NCBI GenBank assembly: GCA_963621315.1
Contig: CAVFDV010000003.1
Span: forward strand, 1 to 37,673
Reading direction: 5' to 3'
Source of the DNA: Oscillibacter sp. MSJ-31
GTDB lineage: Bacteria; Actinomycetota; Coriobacteriia; Coriobacteriales; QAMH01
Length of the DNA: 37,673 nucleotides
The notes beneath the pieces are model-generated. The model made no database searches and was not told the origin of the DNA. It saw only the letters and a list, made by a program, of their open reading frames with translations. Positions 1 to 6,622 of the stretch are shown one piece after another (within the stretch, counting starts at the first letter, position 1; the number at the start of each line of letters is the position of its first letter). Both the position numbers and the translations under genes were made by a program.

Positions 1-20
1 GGGCTGGGCTGGGCTGGGCG
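1..20 (+). repeat. (GGGCT)4 pentanucleotide repeat at the window edge, possibly truncated
   Basis: Direct read: gggct gggct gggct gggcg. Four GGG runs separated by 2 nt. Confidence 0.7.
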
Positions 21-90
21 GAGGCGAAGCGAGGCGAGGCCGGGCACCGGGCGGGCGGAATTCCCCCATCCCGCCGGCTTCGCGCCGGCA

Positions 91-180
91 AAAATTCCGC
101 ATTCCGTCGGTTTTATGGTCATGAAAATTCCGCATTCCGTCGGTTTTACGCTTGTAAAAATTCCGCATTCCGTCGGTTTT
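91..180 (+). repeat. Three identical 24-bp direct repeats (AAAATTCCGCATTCCGTCGGTTTT) at 33-bp period, iteron/operator-like
   Basis: Copies at 91-114, 124-147 and 157-180 are identical letter for letter. The 9-nt spacers differ. An inverted half-site GCGGAATT lies at 55-62. Confidence 0.9.
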
Positions 181-206
181 CAGCAAAAAATGCGAGGTGA
201 ACAGCA

Positions 207-360
207 TTGTTGAAGCGCAGAATCGAAAGCGAGTTCCTCGCGTGGAAAAACGCCGGGAAGCGCAAGGGCCTTTTCGTCCCTGCTACGCGAGCTTCGTGCT
301 GCCCGAGTTCTTGCGCAGCAAGCTGCCCGAGGGCTTTCGCCTGGAGACGCGCAAGGTCTG
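207..360 (+). pseudogene. Possible remnant of an AAA_14/DUF4143-type ATPase gene (N-terminal ~24 codons only)
   Basis: The translation LKRRIESEFLAWKNAGKRKGLFV resembles the conserved N-terminus of AAA_14 ATPases (..R.IE..L..W.....RKPL..GARQVGKT). The Walker A segment that should follow is absent. A second frame ends at TGA 358-360. Confidence 0.3.
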
Positions 361-450
361 AGGGGGCATCGCGGGGCGCGACATGGAAGCGCGCGTGGGG
401 CGCACGTAGGGGCACGACATGGGGCGCGCATGAGGGGGCGCCGCGCATGG

Positions 451-493
451 AAAAGCCCGGCTCCCCCGCAGGTGCGGGAGCCGGGCTTTGCTT
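451..493 (-). terminator. Rho-independent terminator downstream of the PRC-barrel gene; bidirectional geometry
   Basis: Perfect 11-bp stem GCCCGGCTCCC (455-465) / GGGAGCCGGGC (476-486) with a 10-nt loop. On the minus strand it is followed by TTTT (451-454), on the plus strand by TTTGCTT. Confidence 0.7.
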
Positions 494-530
494 CGCCTCG
501 CGAAAGCTTGGACGGAAAGGCGCCCCTCGC

Positions 531-1271
531 CTACTCGACGCTCATGGCAAGCGCCAGCAGCGCGTCGTGCTCGCGCGCCCGGGCAACGACCTCCTGGGTG
601 ATCTTCGTGCCCTTGGTGCAACGGAACGCGCCATCCTCGGAGACGACGTCTTCCGTCAGCTCGGAGTCGAGCAAGACGCCCACGAGCTCGCGCTCTTCAT
701 CGGACAGGGAGCTGGACTCGACGGGGCGCGGGGCATTCTCGGTGCCGTAGCCCGAATAGGCCTGCTTCTCCACCTCGTCCACGCGGCGCTCCTTTTCCGC
801 GCCGCGCAGGCTGGCCGCGTCGCGCGAGCCGTCGTCGACGAAGACGAACTCGGGCGAGAAGAACAGGAAGGCGGCGGCGGCGTAGTGCGAGCCGTCGTCG
901 AGCGTGATGCCCTCGACCGTGCCGAACACCGTGTCGAACTCGTAGCCCGTGACCTTGCCGAGCGAGTTGCCCGTGCGCGAGTAGACCTGCGCACCCACGA
1001 GGTCGTAGCCATCGACGGCCTTCTCCTCTTCCTCGGTGCCGGGGCGCAGAAAGTCCTTGCGGCCGGGGACCGTGACGAAGGCGTCGCCCACGGCGATGAC
1101 GGAGTTGAACGGCAAGACGAGCGGGCGGTGCGTGGCCTCGGCCGAATCGATGATGTAGTTGTCGACCACCATCTTGTCGCAGTCGACACGCAGGCCGCTG
1201 ATCTGGCCCAAGACGGCGTGGTCTTCGGTGCCCACGACCTTGAGCTTGCAAATAGATTCGTTCGTCTCCAT
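531..1271 (-). CDS. PRC-barrel domain protein (two PRC-like segments)
   Basis: 246-aa ORF. ATG 1271 has GAGAGGA about 7 nt upstream. PRC-barrel-like stretches are VVGTEDHAVLGQISGLRVD.. and LVGAQVYSRTGNSLGKVTGYEFD... A terminator follows. Confidence 0.8.
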   Translation of the reverse strand: METNESICKLKVVGTEDHAVLGQISGLRVDCDKMVVDNYIIDSAEATHRPLVLPFNSVIAVGDAFVTVPGRKDFLRPGTEEEEKAVDGYDLVGAQVYSRTGNSLGKVTGYEFDTVFGTVEGITLDDGSHYAAAAFLFFSPEFVFVDDGSRDAASLRGAEKERRVDEVEKQAYSGYGTENAPRPVESSSLSDEERELVGVLLDSELTEDVVSEDGAFRCTKGTKITQEVVARAREHDALLALAMSVE

Positions 1272-1378
1272 ACCAAGTCCTCTCGTTTAGCGGGCAGGTG
1301 AAAGCGCAGGTGATGCCCCGACGTGCGACGCGCACGCGCGACCGTGCTGCAAAACTCGCCCCATGGTACTACATTCGC

Positions 1379-1410
1379 GCCGCCGCGCACGCCACAACAC
1401 GCCGGCGAAA
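1379..1410. repeat. 32-bp perfect direct repeat, copy A (GCCGCCGCGCACGCCACAACACGCCGGCGAAA)
   Basis: Identical to 4250-4281. Contains CACGCC-ACAA-CACGCC (hexamer direct repeat at 10-bp spacing) and the palindrome CGCCGGCG. Confidence 0.9.
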
Positions 1411-1508
1411 AGCCGTTTCCGCACGTTTCCGCGCAACATGGCCCCCTCGCGTGCGGCGCGCATGGCCCTTTTACCATGCAATCCCCCGGGCGCCCTCCCG
1501 CGCCTCCG

Positions 1509-3977
1509 CTAGCATGCTTTCCCGCGCCGCCGGAAAAGCAACGCCCAGGCAAACGCGGCGGCGACGAGGGCGGCGCCTGCGGCGGTGAACGCGATGGTGC
1601 CCGTGCCGCCGGCAAGCGGCATGACCCATTCCTTGTAGTTGGCCACGGAATAGGCGCCTGTCGCGGCGTCTTTCTTGAAGGCCGGCGGCAAATCGCCCAC
1701 GACGGAGCCGGAGGCGTCTTTTTGCGCGTGTGCGACGATCTCGACGGTCTGCGTCGCGGAGTCGGCAGCCACCAGCCATTGCCCGTGCGGCAGACGGTAG
1801 CCCGCAGGCGCAGCCGTCTCGACCAGCATGTACTGCCCCGTTTCCAGCTCGCCGAAATCCGCCTTGCCATCCGCTTGCGTGGTGACGGTGGCAAGGGGAG
1901 CATCCACGTCCCAGCAGCAGCCCGCATCGTTTGAGGCCGTCCAGGAGTGGTCCGCCGCGCTCGTGTGCGCAAGGTCGGCGCATGCATAAAGGGCAAATGT
2001 CGCACCCGCCAGCGCCGTCGAAGCGTCTTCTCCCGTCTTCGTGAACGAGAAGGAGACGGTGGGCGATTTCTCGTTTGCCAGCTTGTAGCCGCTTGCATAT
2101 TCCCCGTCGAAATCCGCCGCCCCGTCGCCGTCCGGGGTCACGGTCACAACGCCGGCGTCCGCATCGACCGCAACCGTCCAGGTGTTTTCCGCCTTCACAT
2201 AGCCTCTGGGCGCGGCAGTCTCGGTCAGCGTGTAGCTGCCGTGGTAGAGCTGCCCGAAATCCACGAGGCCTGCCGCTGCGGAGGTCGCGTTTTTATCCAC
2301 GGCCACAGCCTCAGCAACGCCCGAGACGCCTTTCAAGTTGAATATCGCGCCCGCCAGCACCGTGGCCGCGCTTTCCGCATCCACCTTGGTGAAGGAAAAC
2401 GGCGCCGTCTTCGGCGTGTTTGCCAGCTTGAAGCCCTCCGTATAGCTGCCGTTGAACCCCGCATCGCCGCCTGCAGGCGTCACGACGACGTTCTTGCCCG
2501 ACGAGGTGGAGGTGACCGTGACCGTCCACGGGCCGCCGCTTGCCGCATATCCGCCAGGCGCCGAATTCTCCGTCAAGGTGTAGGTGCCCGCCTCCAAATT
2601 GCCGAAATCCACCTTGCCGTCTGTGCCGGATGTGGCCGTCCCGACGGTTGTCTCGCCGTTTTTCAGCGTGAAAGCCGCTCCCGCGAGGGCGCCGCCGGCC
2701 GAATCGGTCTTTGTGAACGAGAACGGCACGGTCGGGTAGTTCGCGAGCTTGTAGCTGCCCACTCCGGTCCCCGAGAAGTTCACCGAGCCGGATGCCGTGC
2801 TCACGCTCGCGCTCCATGTAGGCGGCACGACGGTGTCGGCGCTCGCCGTCACCGTGACCGTCCACGAGCCGGCCAGACGCGCGTATCCGCTTGCCGCAGA
2901 TGTTTCCGTCAGGGTGTAGGTCCCCGCCCCGAGGATGCCGAAATTCACCAAGCCGTTCGCATCCGAGGTCGCCGTCCCCACGACGTTCGTCCCCTGCTTC
3001 AGTTGAAACGTCGCACCGGCCAACGCCGCGCCCGATTCGTTTGTCTTGGTGAAATAGAAACTTCGGTTCAAGGTCACCGTATCGCCGTTTCCCATCTCCA
3101 GCAGGGTGTCGGTGGCCGTGGTGAAGGTATACGAGGCTCCCGAATACAAGGCTATGACGGAATTGGTCCACGCTTCCGCCACGTCGGTCGTCGTCGCGGT
3201 TTTCACGTAATATTCGGCATGGTACGTGTCATACACCCTCTCGGTCAGGTTCTTGCCATATGCCACCGCCTGCAGGGGGTCTGTGCCCTTCGACCCCATG
3301 GCCGGATCCACCTTCTCTTGGGCTGCGCCCTTCTTGTACGTCATGCAAAAGAAGTAGAGATTCGACTTCAAGCCGGACACGGCCGTGCTCGTGCCGTTGT
3401 AGGTGTAGGAGAATTTCCACCTCACGTCGCCGGTGGACTCGAGCGCCGTCCTGTTCTTGTTGAAAAACTTCGACACCCTGGCGACCTTGTTGCTGGCCGT
3501 GGTGGTGTCGCCGAATGCGTAGACGGTGATTGTCAGATCGACGCTTTTCCCGTTGTACCACCCCACGTTGGTGAACTTCACCCATGCGTTCTTGTTCTTC
3601 GCCCAATTAGGCCCCGTGATCGTCCAAGCCGCCGTGCTTCCATTGTTCAGGCAGGCGGTCAGGTTTCCCGCGGTCCACCCCGACTGGGTCGTCACGCTGG
3701 TGCCCGACCCATTCCACTTGGGGGAAAACCCATACGCCTGCGATATCTTGAAGTTGTTCTTGGCGCTGATTTTGTACCTGCTGGAGGTAAGGGCCGCCTG
3801 GCTTTGGTGGTCGCCGGTAAGCGACAGCACTCCAAACACCCCGCCCAGCGAAACCGCCAGGGCGAGCACTACCACTGCCGCACGTCGAAAGCGGCGCCGC
3901 GTGCCTGCGCCGCGCGAAAACGCGAAACAGCGTTTGGGCGAATCCGCACGGCGCGGCGCACGGGGAGAAGCGTTCAC
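1509..3977 (-). CDS. Sortase-anchored surface adhesin with four SpaA/Cna-B-like repeats
   Basis: The ORF ends at TAG 1509. It has four repeats of the pattern SFTKTD..AL.GA.F.L....TATS..G...FG.L..GTYTLTE...P.GY. The N-terminus has an Arg-rich n-region plus hydrophobic helix (RRRFRRAAVVVLALAV). The C-terminus has MPLAGG, then a hydrophobic helix, then an RRRGK tail. I take GTG 3977 as the start (GGAGG 7 nt upstream); the ORF-track start GTG 4007 is the alternative. Confidence 0.85.
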   Translation of the reverse strand: MNASPRAPRRADSPKRCFAFSRGAGTRRRFRRAAVVVLALAVSLGGVFGVLSLTGDHQSQAALTSSRYKISAKNNFKISQAYGFSPKWNGSGTSVTTQSGWTAGNLTACLNNGSTAAWTITGPNWAKNKNAWVKFTNVGWYNGKSVDLTITVYAFGDTTTASNKVARVSKFFNKNRTALESTGDVRWKFSYTYNGTSTAVSGLKSNLYFFCMTYKKGAAQEKVDPAMGSKGTDPLQAVAYGKNLTERVYDTYHAEYYVKTATTTDVAEAWTNSVIALYSGASYTFTTATDTLLEMGNGDTVTLNRSFYFTKTNESGAALAGATFQLKQGTNVVGTATSDANGLVNFGILGAGTYTLTETSAASGYARLAGSWTVTVTASADTVVPPTWSASVSTASGSVNFSGTGVGSYKLANYPTVPFSFTKTDSAGGALAGAAFTLKNGETTVGTATSGTDGKVDFGNLEAGTYTLTENSAPGGYAASGGPWTVTVTSTSSGKNVVVTPAGGDAGFNGSYTEGFKLANTPKTAPFSFTKVDAESAATVLAGAIFNLKGVSGVAEAVAVDKNATSAAAGLVDFGQLYHGSYTLTETAAPRGYVKAENTWTVAVDADAGVVTVTPDGDGAADFDGEYASGYKLANEKSPTVSFSFTKTGEDASTALAGATFALYACADLAHTSAADHSWTASNDAGCCWDVDAPLATVTTQADGKADFGELETGQYMLVETAAPAGYRLPHGQWLVAADSATQTVEIVAHAQKDASGSVVGDLPPAFKKDAATGAYSVANYKEWVMPLAGGTGTIAFTAAGAALVAAAFAWALLFRRRGKAC
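1758..3062 (-). repeat. Four tandem SpaA-like domain-encoding repeats inside the adhesin gene
   Basis: Protein repeats start near aa 316, 428, 536 and 652 of the 832-aa ORF-track translation, with recurring FTKT/LAGA/GTYTLTE/GY motifs. Confidence 0.7.
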
Positions 3978-4096
3978 CGAGCCGCCTCCGCCTTGGAGGC
4001 GCGACACGGGAAAGCGGCTATGAAGCCCCCCCCCCCCCTCAGATTCTTCTCCATGCGCTGCATCGCGGCGTTCCCCCTCTTCATCACGTTTGCCAT
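3974..4096 (-). other. 40-codon upstream ORF that contains the poly-G tract; its stop overlaps the adhesin GTG
   Basis: Translation is MANVMKRGNAAMQRMEKNLRGGGGFIAAFPCRASKAEAAR. The frame opens after TAA 4120-4118. TGA 3976-3974 overlaps GTG 3977-3975. Whether it is translated is unknown. Confidence 0.25.
4026..4038 (-). repeat. Homopolymer: G13 on the coding strand (C13 on plus) upstream of the adhesin
   Basis: Counted directly: 5 C at 4026-4030 plus 8 C at 4031-4038. Confidence 0.95.
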
Positions 4097-4249
4097 ATCC
4101 GCTGGTAGTCGCGCACCTTACCCTCTGCCGCAGGGCAAATCAAGCATGTTGGGGAAATTTTCGCGGCGCCTGCATATCCGCCCGTACGATCTGCCGATGT
4201 GCAGGTCGGGCGGGCACCTTGGCCGCACGACCCCGGGCACGCAAAGCCA

Positions 4250-4281
4250 GCCGCCGCGCACGCCACAACACGCCGGCGAAA
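4250..4281. repeat. 32-bp perfect direct repeat, copy B
   Basis: Identical to 1379-1410. Lies between the ackA stop (4355) and the adhesin start. Confidence 0.9.
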
Positions 4282-4354
4282 GGCTGCGGGAAGGACGCAG
4301 AAAACGCGTACCGGGCGCGCGGAGCACGCAAAACGCCCCCGCGAAAAGGCGCCG

Positions 4355-5626
4355 CTACACCGCCCAGGGGTCGCTCAAGTCCGCGCCGCCTGCCACGAGG
4401 GCCACGTCGCGGGCGATCTCGGCCTCCTCGTCGGTGGGGATGACCAGCACCTTCACCGCCGCGCGGTCCGTGGATATGAGGCGTTCGACGTTGTCCTCGC
4501 TGTAGTTGCGCTGCTCGTCGATCTCGATGCCGAAGGGCTCGAGTCCGCGGAAGATGAGCCGCCGCGCGTAGGCGTCGTGCTCGCCCACGCCGGCCGTGAC
4601 CACGATGGCGTCCACGCCCGCCAGCTCGAAGGCGTAGGCGCCGATCATGCGGCGTATGGAGAAAAGGAAGATGTCGTAGGCAAGCTCTGCCTGCGTGTCG
4701 CCGAAGCGTATGACCTCCTTCAGGTCGCGCAGGTCCCCGCTCGTGCCCGACACGCCCAGAAAGCCGGACTCGCGGTTCAGCACGCGGTCCATCTCGGCTG
4801 CGCTCAGGCCCTCCTTTTCCATGATGGCCGTGATGATGGCCGGGTCCACCGAGCCGGAGCGCGTGTTCATCATGATGCCGTCGAGCGGCGTGTAGCCCAT
4901 CGACGTGTCCATGCTGTAGCCGTGGTCGATGGCGCAGATGGAGGCGCCCGCGCCCAGATGGCAGGTGATCATCTTCAGCTCGCGCAGATCCGCGCCCAGA
5001 AAGCCGGCCGCGCGGCGCGAGACGTACTTGTGCGAGATGCCGTGGAAGCCGAACTTGCGGATGTGGTATTTCTCGTAGTAGCGGTACGGGATGGGGTAGA
5101 TGTAGGTACGGCGCGGCATGGTCTGGTGAAAGGCCGTGTCGAAGGCCGCGACCTGCAGCGCGCGGGGAAAGGCCTCGCGGCAGCGCTCGATCACCTTCAG
5201 CGCATAGGGGTTGTGCAGGGGCGCGAGGTCGGCGTAGCGCTCGATCACCTCGACCACGTGCGCGTCTATGGCCACGGAGCTGTTGAACTCGTCGCCGCCG
5301 TGCGCGATGCGGTGCCCCACGGCGTCCACCTCTGAAAGCGAGGAGACAGGCGCCGCCGGCCCGTGCACGAGCGCGTCGATGGCCAAGGACAGCGCCGCGT
5401 CGTAGTCGGGCGCCTCCACCTCGCGCACCCCGTCGGCGGCGGCGTCCGGGTCTGCGCACGACCAGTGCAGGCGCGCGTTGCCCGTGCCGATGTTTTCCAC
5501 CACGCCCTTTGCCAGCGACTTGCTCTCGGGCAGGGTACGCCCCTCGAGCGCCTCGCCCACGCTGGCCGCGTCGAAGAGCTTGAACTTCAGCGAGCTCGAG
5601 CCCGCGTTGAACACGAGTATCTTCAC
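4355..5626 (-). CDS. ackA: Acetate kinase
   Basis: Motifs KILVFNAGSSSLKF, GHRIAHGG, FDTAFHQTMP, FGFHGISH and CHLGAGASICAI. I take GTG 5626 as the start (VKILVFNAGSS); it overlaps the upstream TGA (GTGA). The ORF-track start is 5680. Confidence 0.93.
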   Translation of the reverse strand: MKILVFNAGSSSLKFKLFDAASVGEALEGRTLPESKSLAKGVVENIGTGNARLHWSCADPDAAADGVREVEAPDYDAALSLAIDALVHGPAAPVSSLSEVDAVGHRIAHGGDEFNSSVAIDAHVVEVIERYADLAPLHNPYALKVIERCREAFPRALQVAAFDTAFHQTMPRRTYIYPIPYRYYEKYHIRKFGFHGISHKYVSRRAAGFLGADLRELKMITCHLGAGASICAIDHGYSMDTSMGYTPLDGIMMNTRSGSVDPAIITAIMEKEGLSAAEMDRVLNRESGFLGVSGTSGDLRDLKEVIRFGDTQAELAYDIFLFSIRRMIGAYAFELAGVDAIVVTAGVGEHDAYARRLIFRGLEPFGIEIDEQRNYSEDNVERLISTDRAAVKVLVIPTDEEAEIARDVALVAGGADLSDPWAV

Positions 5627-6015
5627 CGCGCACGCCCCTCCACAAGCTCCAGGTGCCTGCGCTCGATGGCCGCGATGCACTCGTCGAGCGGGCCGCGGTC
5701 GGTGGGCTTTGCCAGGTGCACGAGCGGCTCGATGCCGAACACGTCGGGCACGTAGTCCGCGTAGGCGCTCATCAAGACGATCAGCGGCACGTGCTCCATG
5801 TGCGGCAACGCGTCGTGCAGGAGCATGTTGTCGGGGCTGGCGATGTCCCAGTCCAAAAAGACCACGTCCAGCCCGCCGCGCTCCATCTTCGCCACGGCCT
5901 CGGGAAAGCTCACGGCCTCGCGCACCACCTTCACCCGCCCGGTGTCCTCGAGCTGGTGGCGCAGCTCCACCCTTGCCGGCGCCTCGTCGTCGGCTATCAT
6001 CGCCTCGAATATCAT
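5623..6015 (-). CDS. Stand-alone response-regulator receiver domain (LytR/AlgR-like receiver without a LytTR output)
   Basis: 130 aa. Acidic pocket IADDE, phospho-acceptor context VVFLDWDI, conserved S in LMSAY, and K in HLAKP. The segment SAYADYVPDVFGIEPLVHLAKP resembles LytTR-family receivers. Confidence 0.8.
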   Translation of the reverse strand: MIFEAMIADDEAPARVELRHQLEDTGRVKVVREAVSFPEAVAKMERGGLDVVFLDWDIASPDNMLLHDALPHMEHVPLIVLMSAYADYVPDVFGIEPLVHLAKPTDRGPLDECIAAIERRHLELVEGRAR

Positions 6016-6019
6016 GCGG

Positions 6020-6433
6020 CTACTTGACGATCAAGACCGGGCACTTCGCGTGCTTGATGACCTTGTGGCTGACGCTGCCGAGGGCAAACTCCTGCAGCGC
6101 GTTCAAGCCGCGGCTGCCGATGACCATGAGGTCGGCGCCGGAGCTTTCGAGATAGCGGATGATCTCGTCGGCGGGGCGGCCGTGCATGAGGACGACCTCG
6201 GGGTCGATGCCCTCGTCCTTCAGCGTGCGCACCGCCGGGTCCAGCAGCTCGCGCTGCGAATCGCCGTGGGCCTCGATGGGGTCGTAGACCATGTCGGAGT
6301 AGACGTCGATGGCTATGACGGAGAGGAGGTCAACCTGCACGCCGTCGCAGGCCTTCGCGATGTCGGCCGCCTGCGCGAGCGCGCGCATGGAGTTGTCGGA
6401 GCCGTCGATGGCGACGACGATATGCTTGTACAT
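6020..6433 (-). CDS. Universal stress protein (UspA family)
   Basis: 137 aa from ATG 6433, with GGAGG upstream. Starts MYKHIVVAIDGSDNS and ends ..GSRGLNALQEFALGSVSHKVIKHAKCPVLIVK. The longer ORF-track version runs into the hexamer repeat. Confidence 0.9.
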   Translation of the reverse strand: MYKHIVVAIDGSDNSMRALAQAADIAKACDGVQVDLLSVIAIDVYSDMVYDPIEAHGDSQRELLDPAVRTLKDEGIDPEVVLMHGRPADEIIRYLESSGADLMVIGSRGLNALQEFALGSVSHKVIKHAKCPVLIVK

Positions 6434-6470
6434 GAAAAACCTCCGTCTACGGAATCTCGCTTGCCCGTCC

Positions 6471-6476
6471 ATTGTA
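6471..6476 (-). promoter_or_regulatory. Candidate -10 (TACAAT) for the usp-receiver-ackA operon
   Basis: The minus strand reads GGGCTACAATGGACG about 35 nt upstream of ATG 6433. It shares the TAnAATGG pattern seen at other candidate promoters in this window. Confidence 0.4.
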
Positions 6477-6574
6477 GCCCGAATCGCGCGGGGCATCTGC
6501 CGCGAGTTGCGGGGTGATGCGGCGCGGGGGCGGGATGCGGGAAAAGGCGCGGGCCGCGCGGAGAAAGGCGCAGG

Positions 6575-6622
6575 GTGCGGGTGCGGGTGCGGGTGCGGGT
6601 GCGGGTGCGGGTGCGGGTGCGG
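6575..6622 (+). repeat. (GTGCGG)8 hexanucleotide microsatellite; nine G3 tracts with 3-nt loops across 6573-6624
   Basis: Eight perfect tandem units counted directly. Intergenic, between divergent genes. Confidence 0.95.

Noticed and set aside
91-180. The 33-bp-period repeats as a mini CRISPR array
   Set aside because: There are only three 24-bp repeats. The 9-nt spacers are far too short, and there are no cas genes or leader-like context in the window.
656-2098. 480-aa minus-strand ORF spanning the PRC gene, the intergenic region and the adhesin 3' end in another frame
   Set aside because: It crosses two well-supported genes out of frame and has P/R/S/T low-complexity composition.
1947-4505. 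852-aa plus-strand ORF opposite the adhesin gene and the ackA 3' end
   Set aside because: Antisense run-on. The minus-strand frame carries clear SpaA repeats and a sorting signal, whereas this frame is Arg-rich noise.
5627-5680. The longer ackA start (ORF-track 5680)
   Set aside because: The extra 18 residues are not acetate-kinase-like and would overlap the receiver gene. GTG 5626 places KILVFNAGSS at the N-terminus, as in known AckA.
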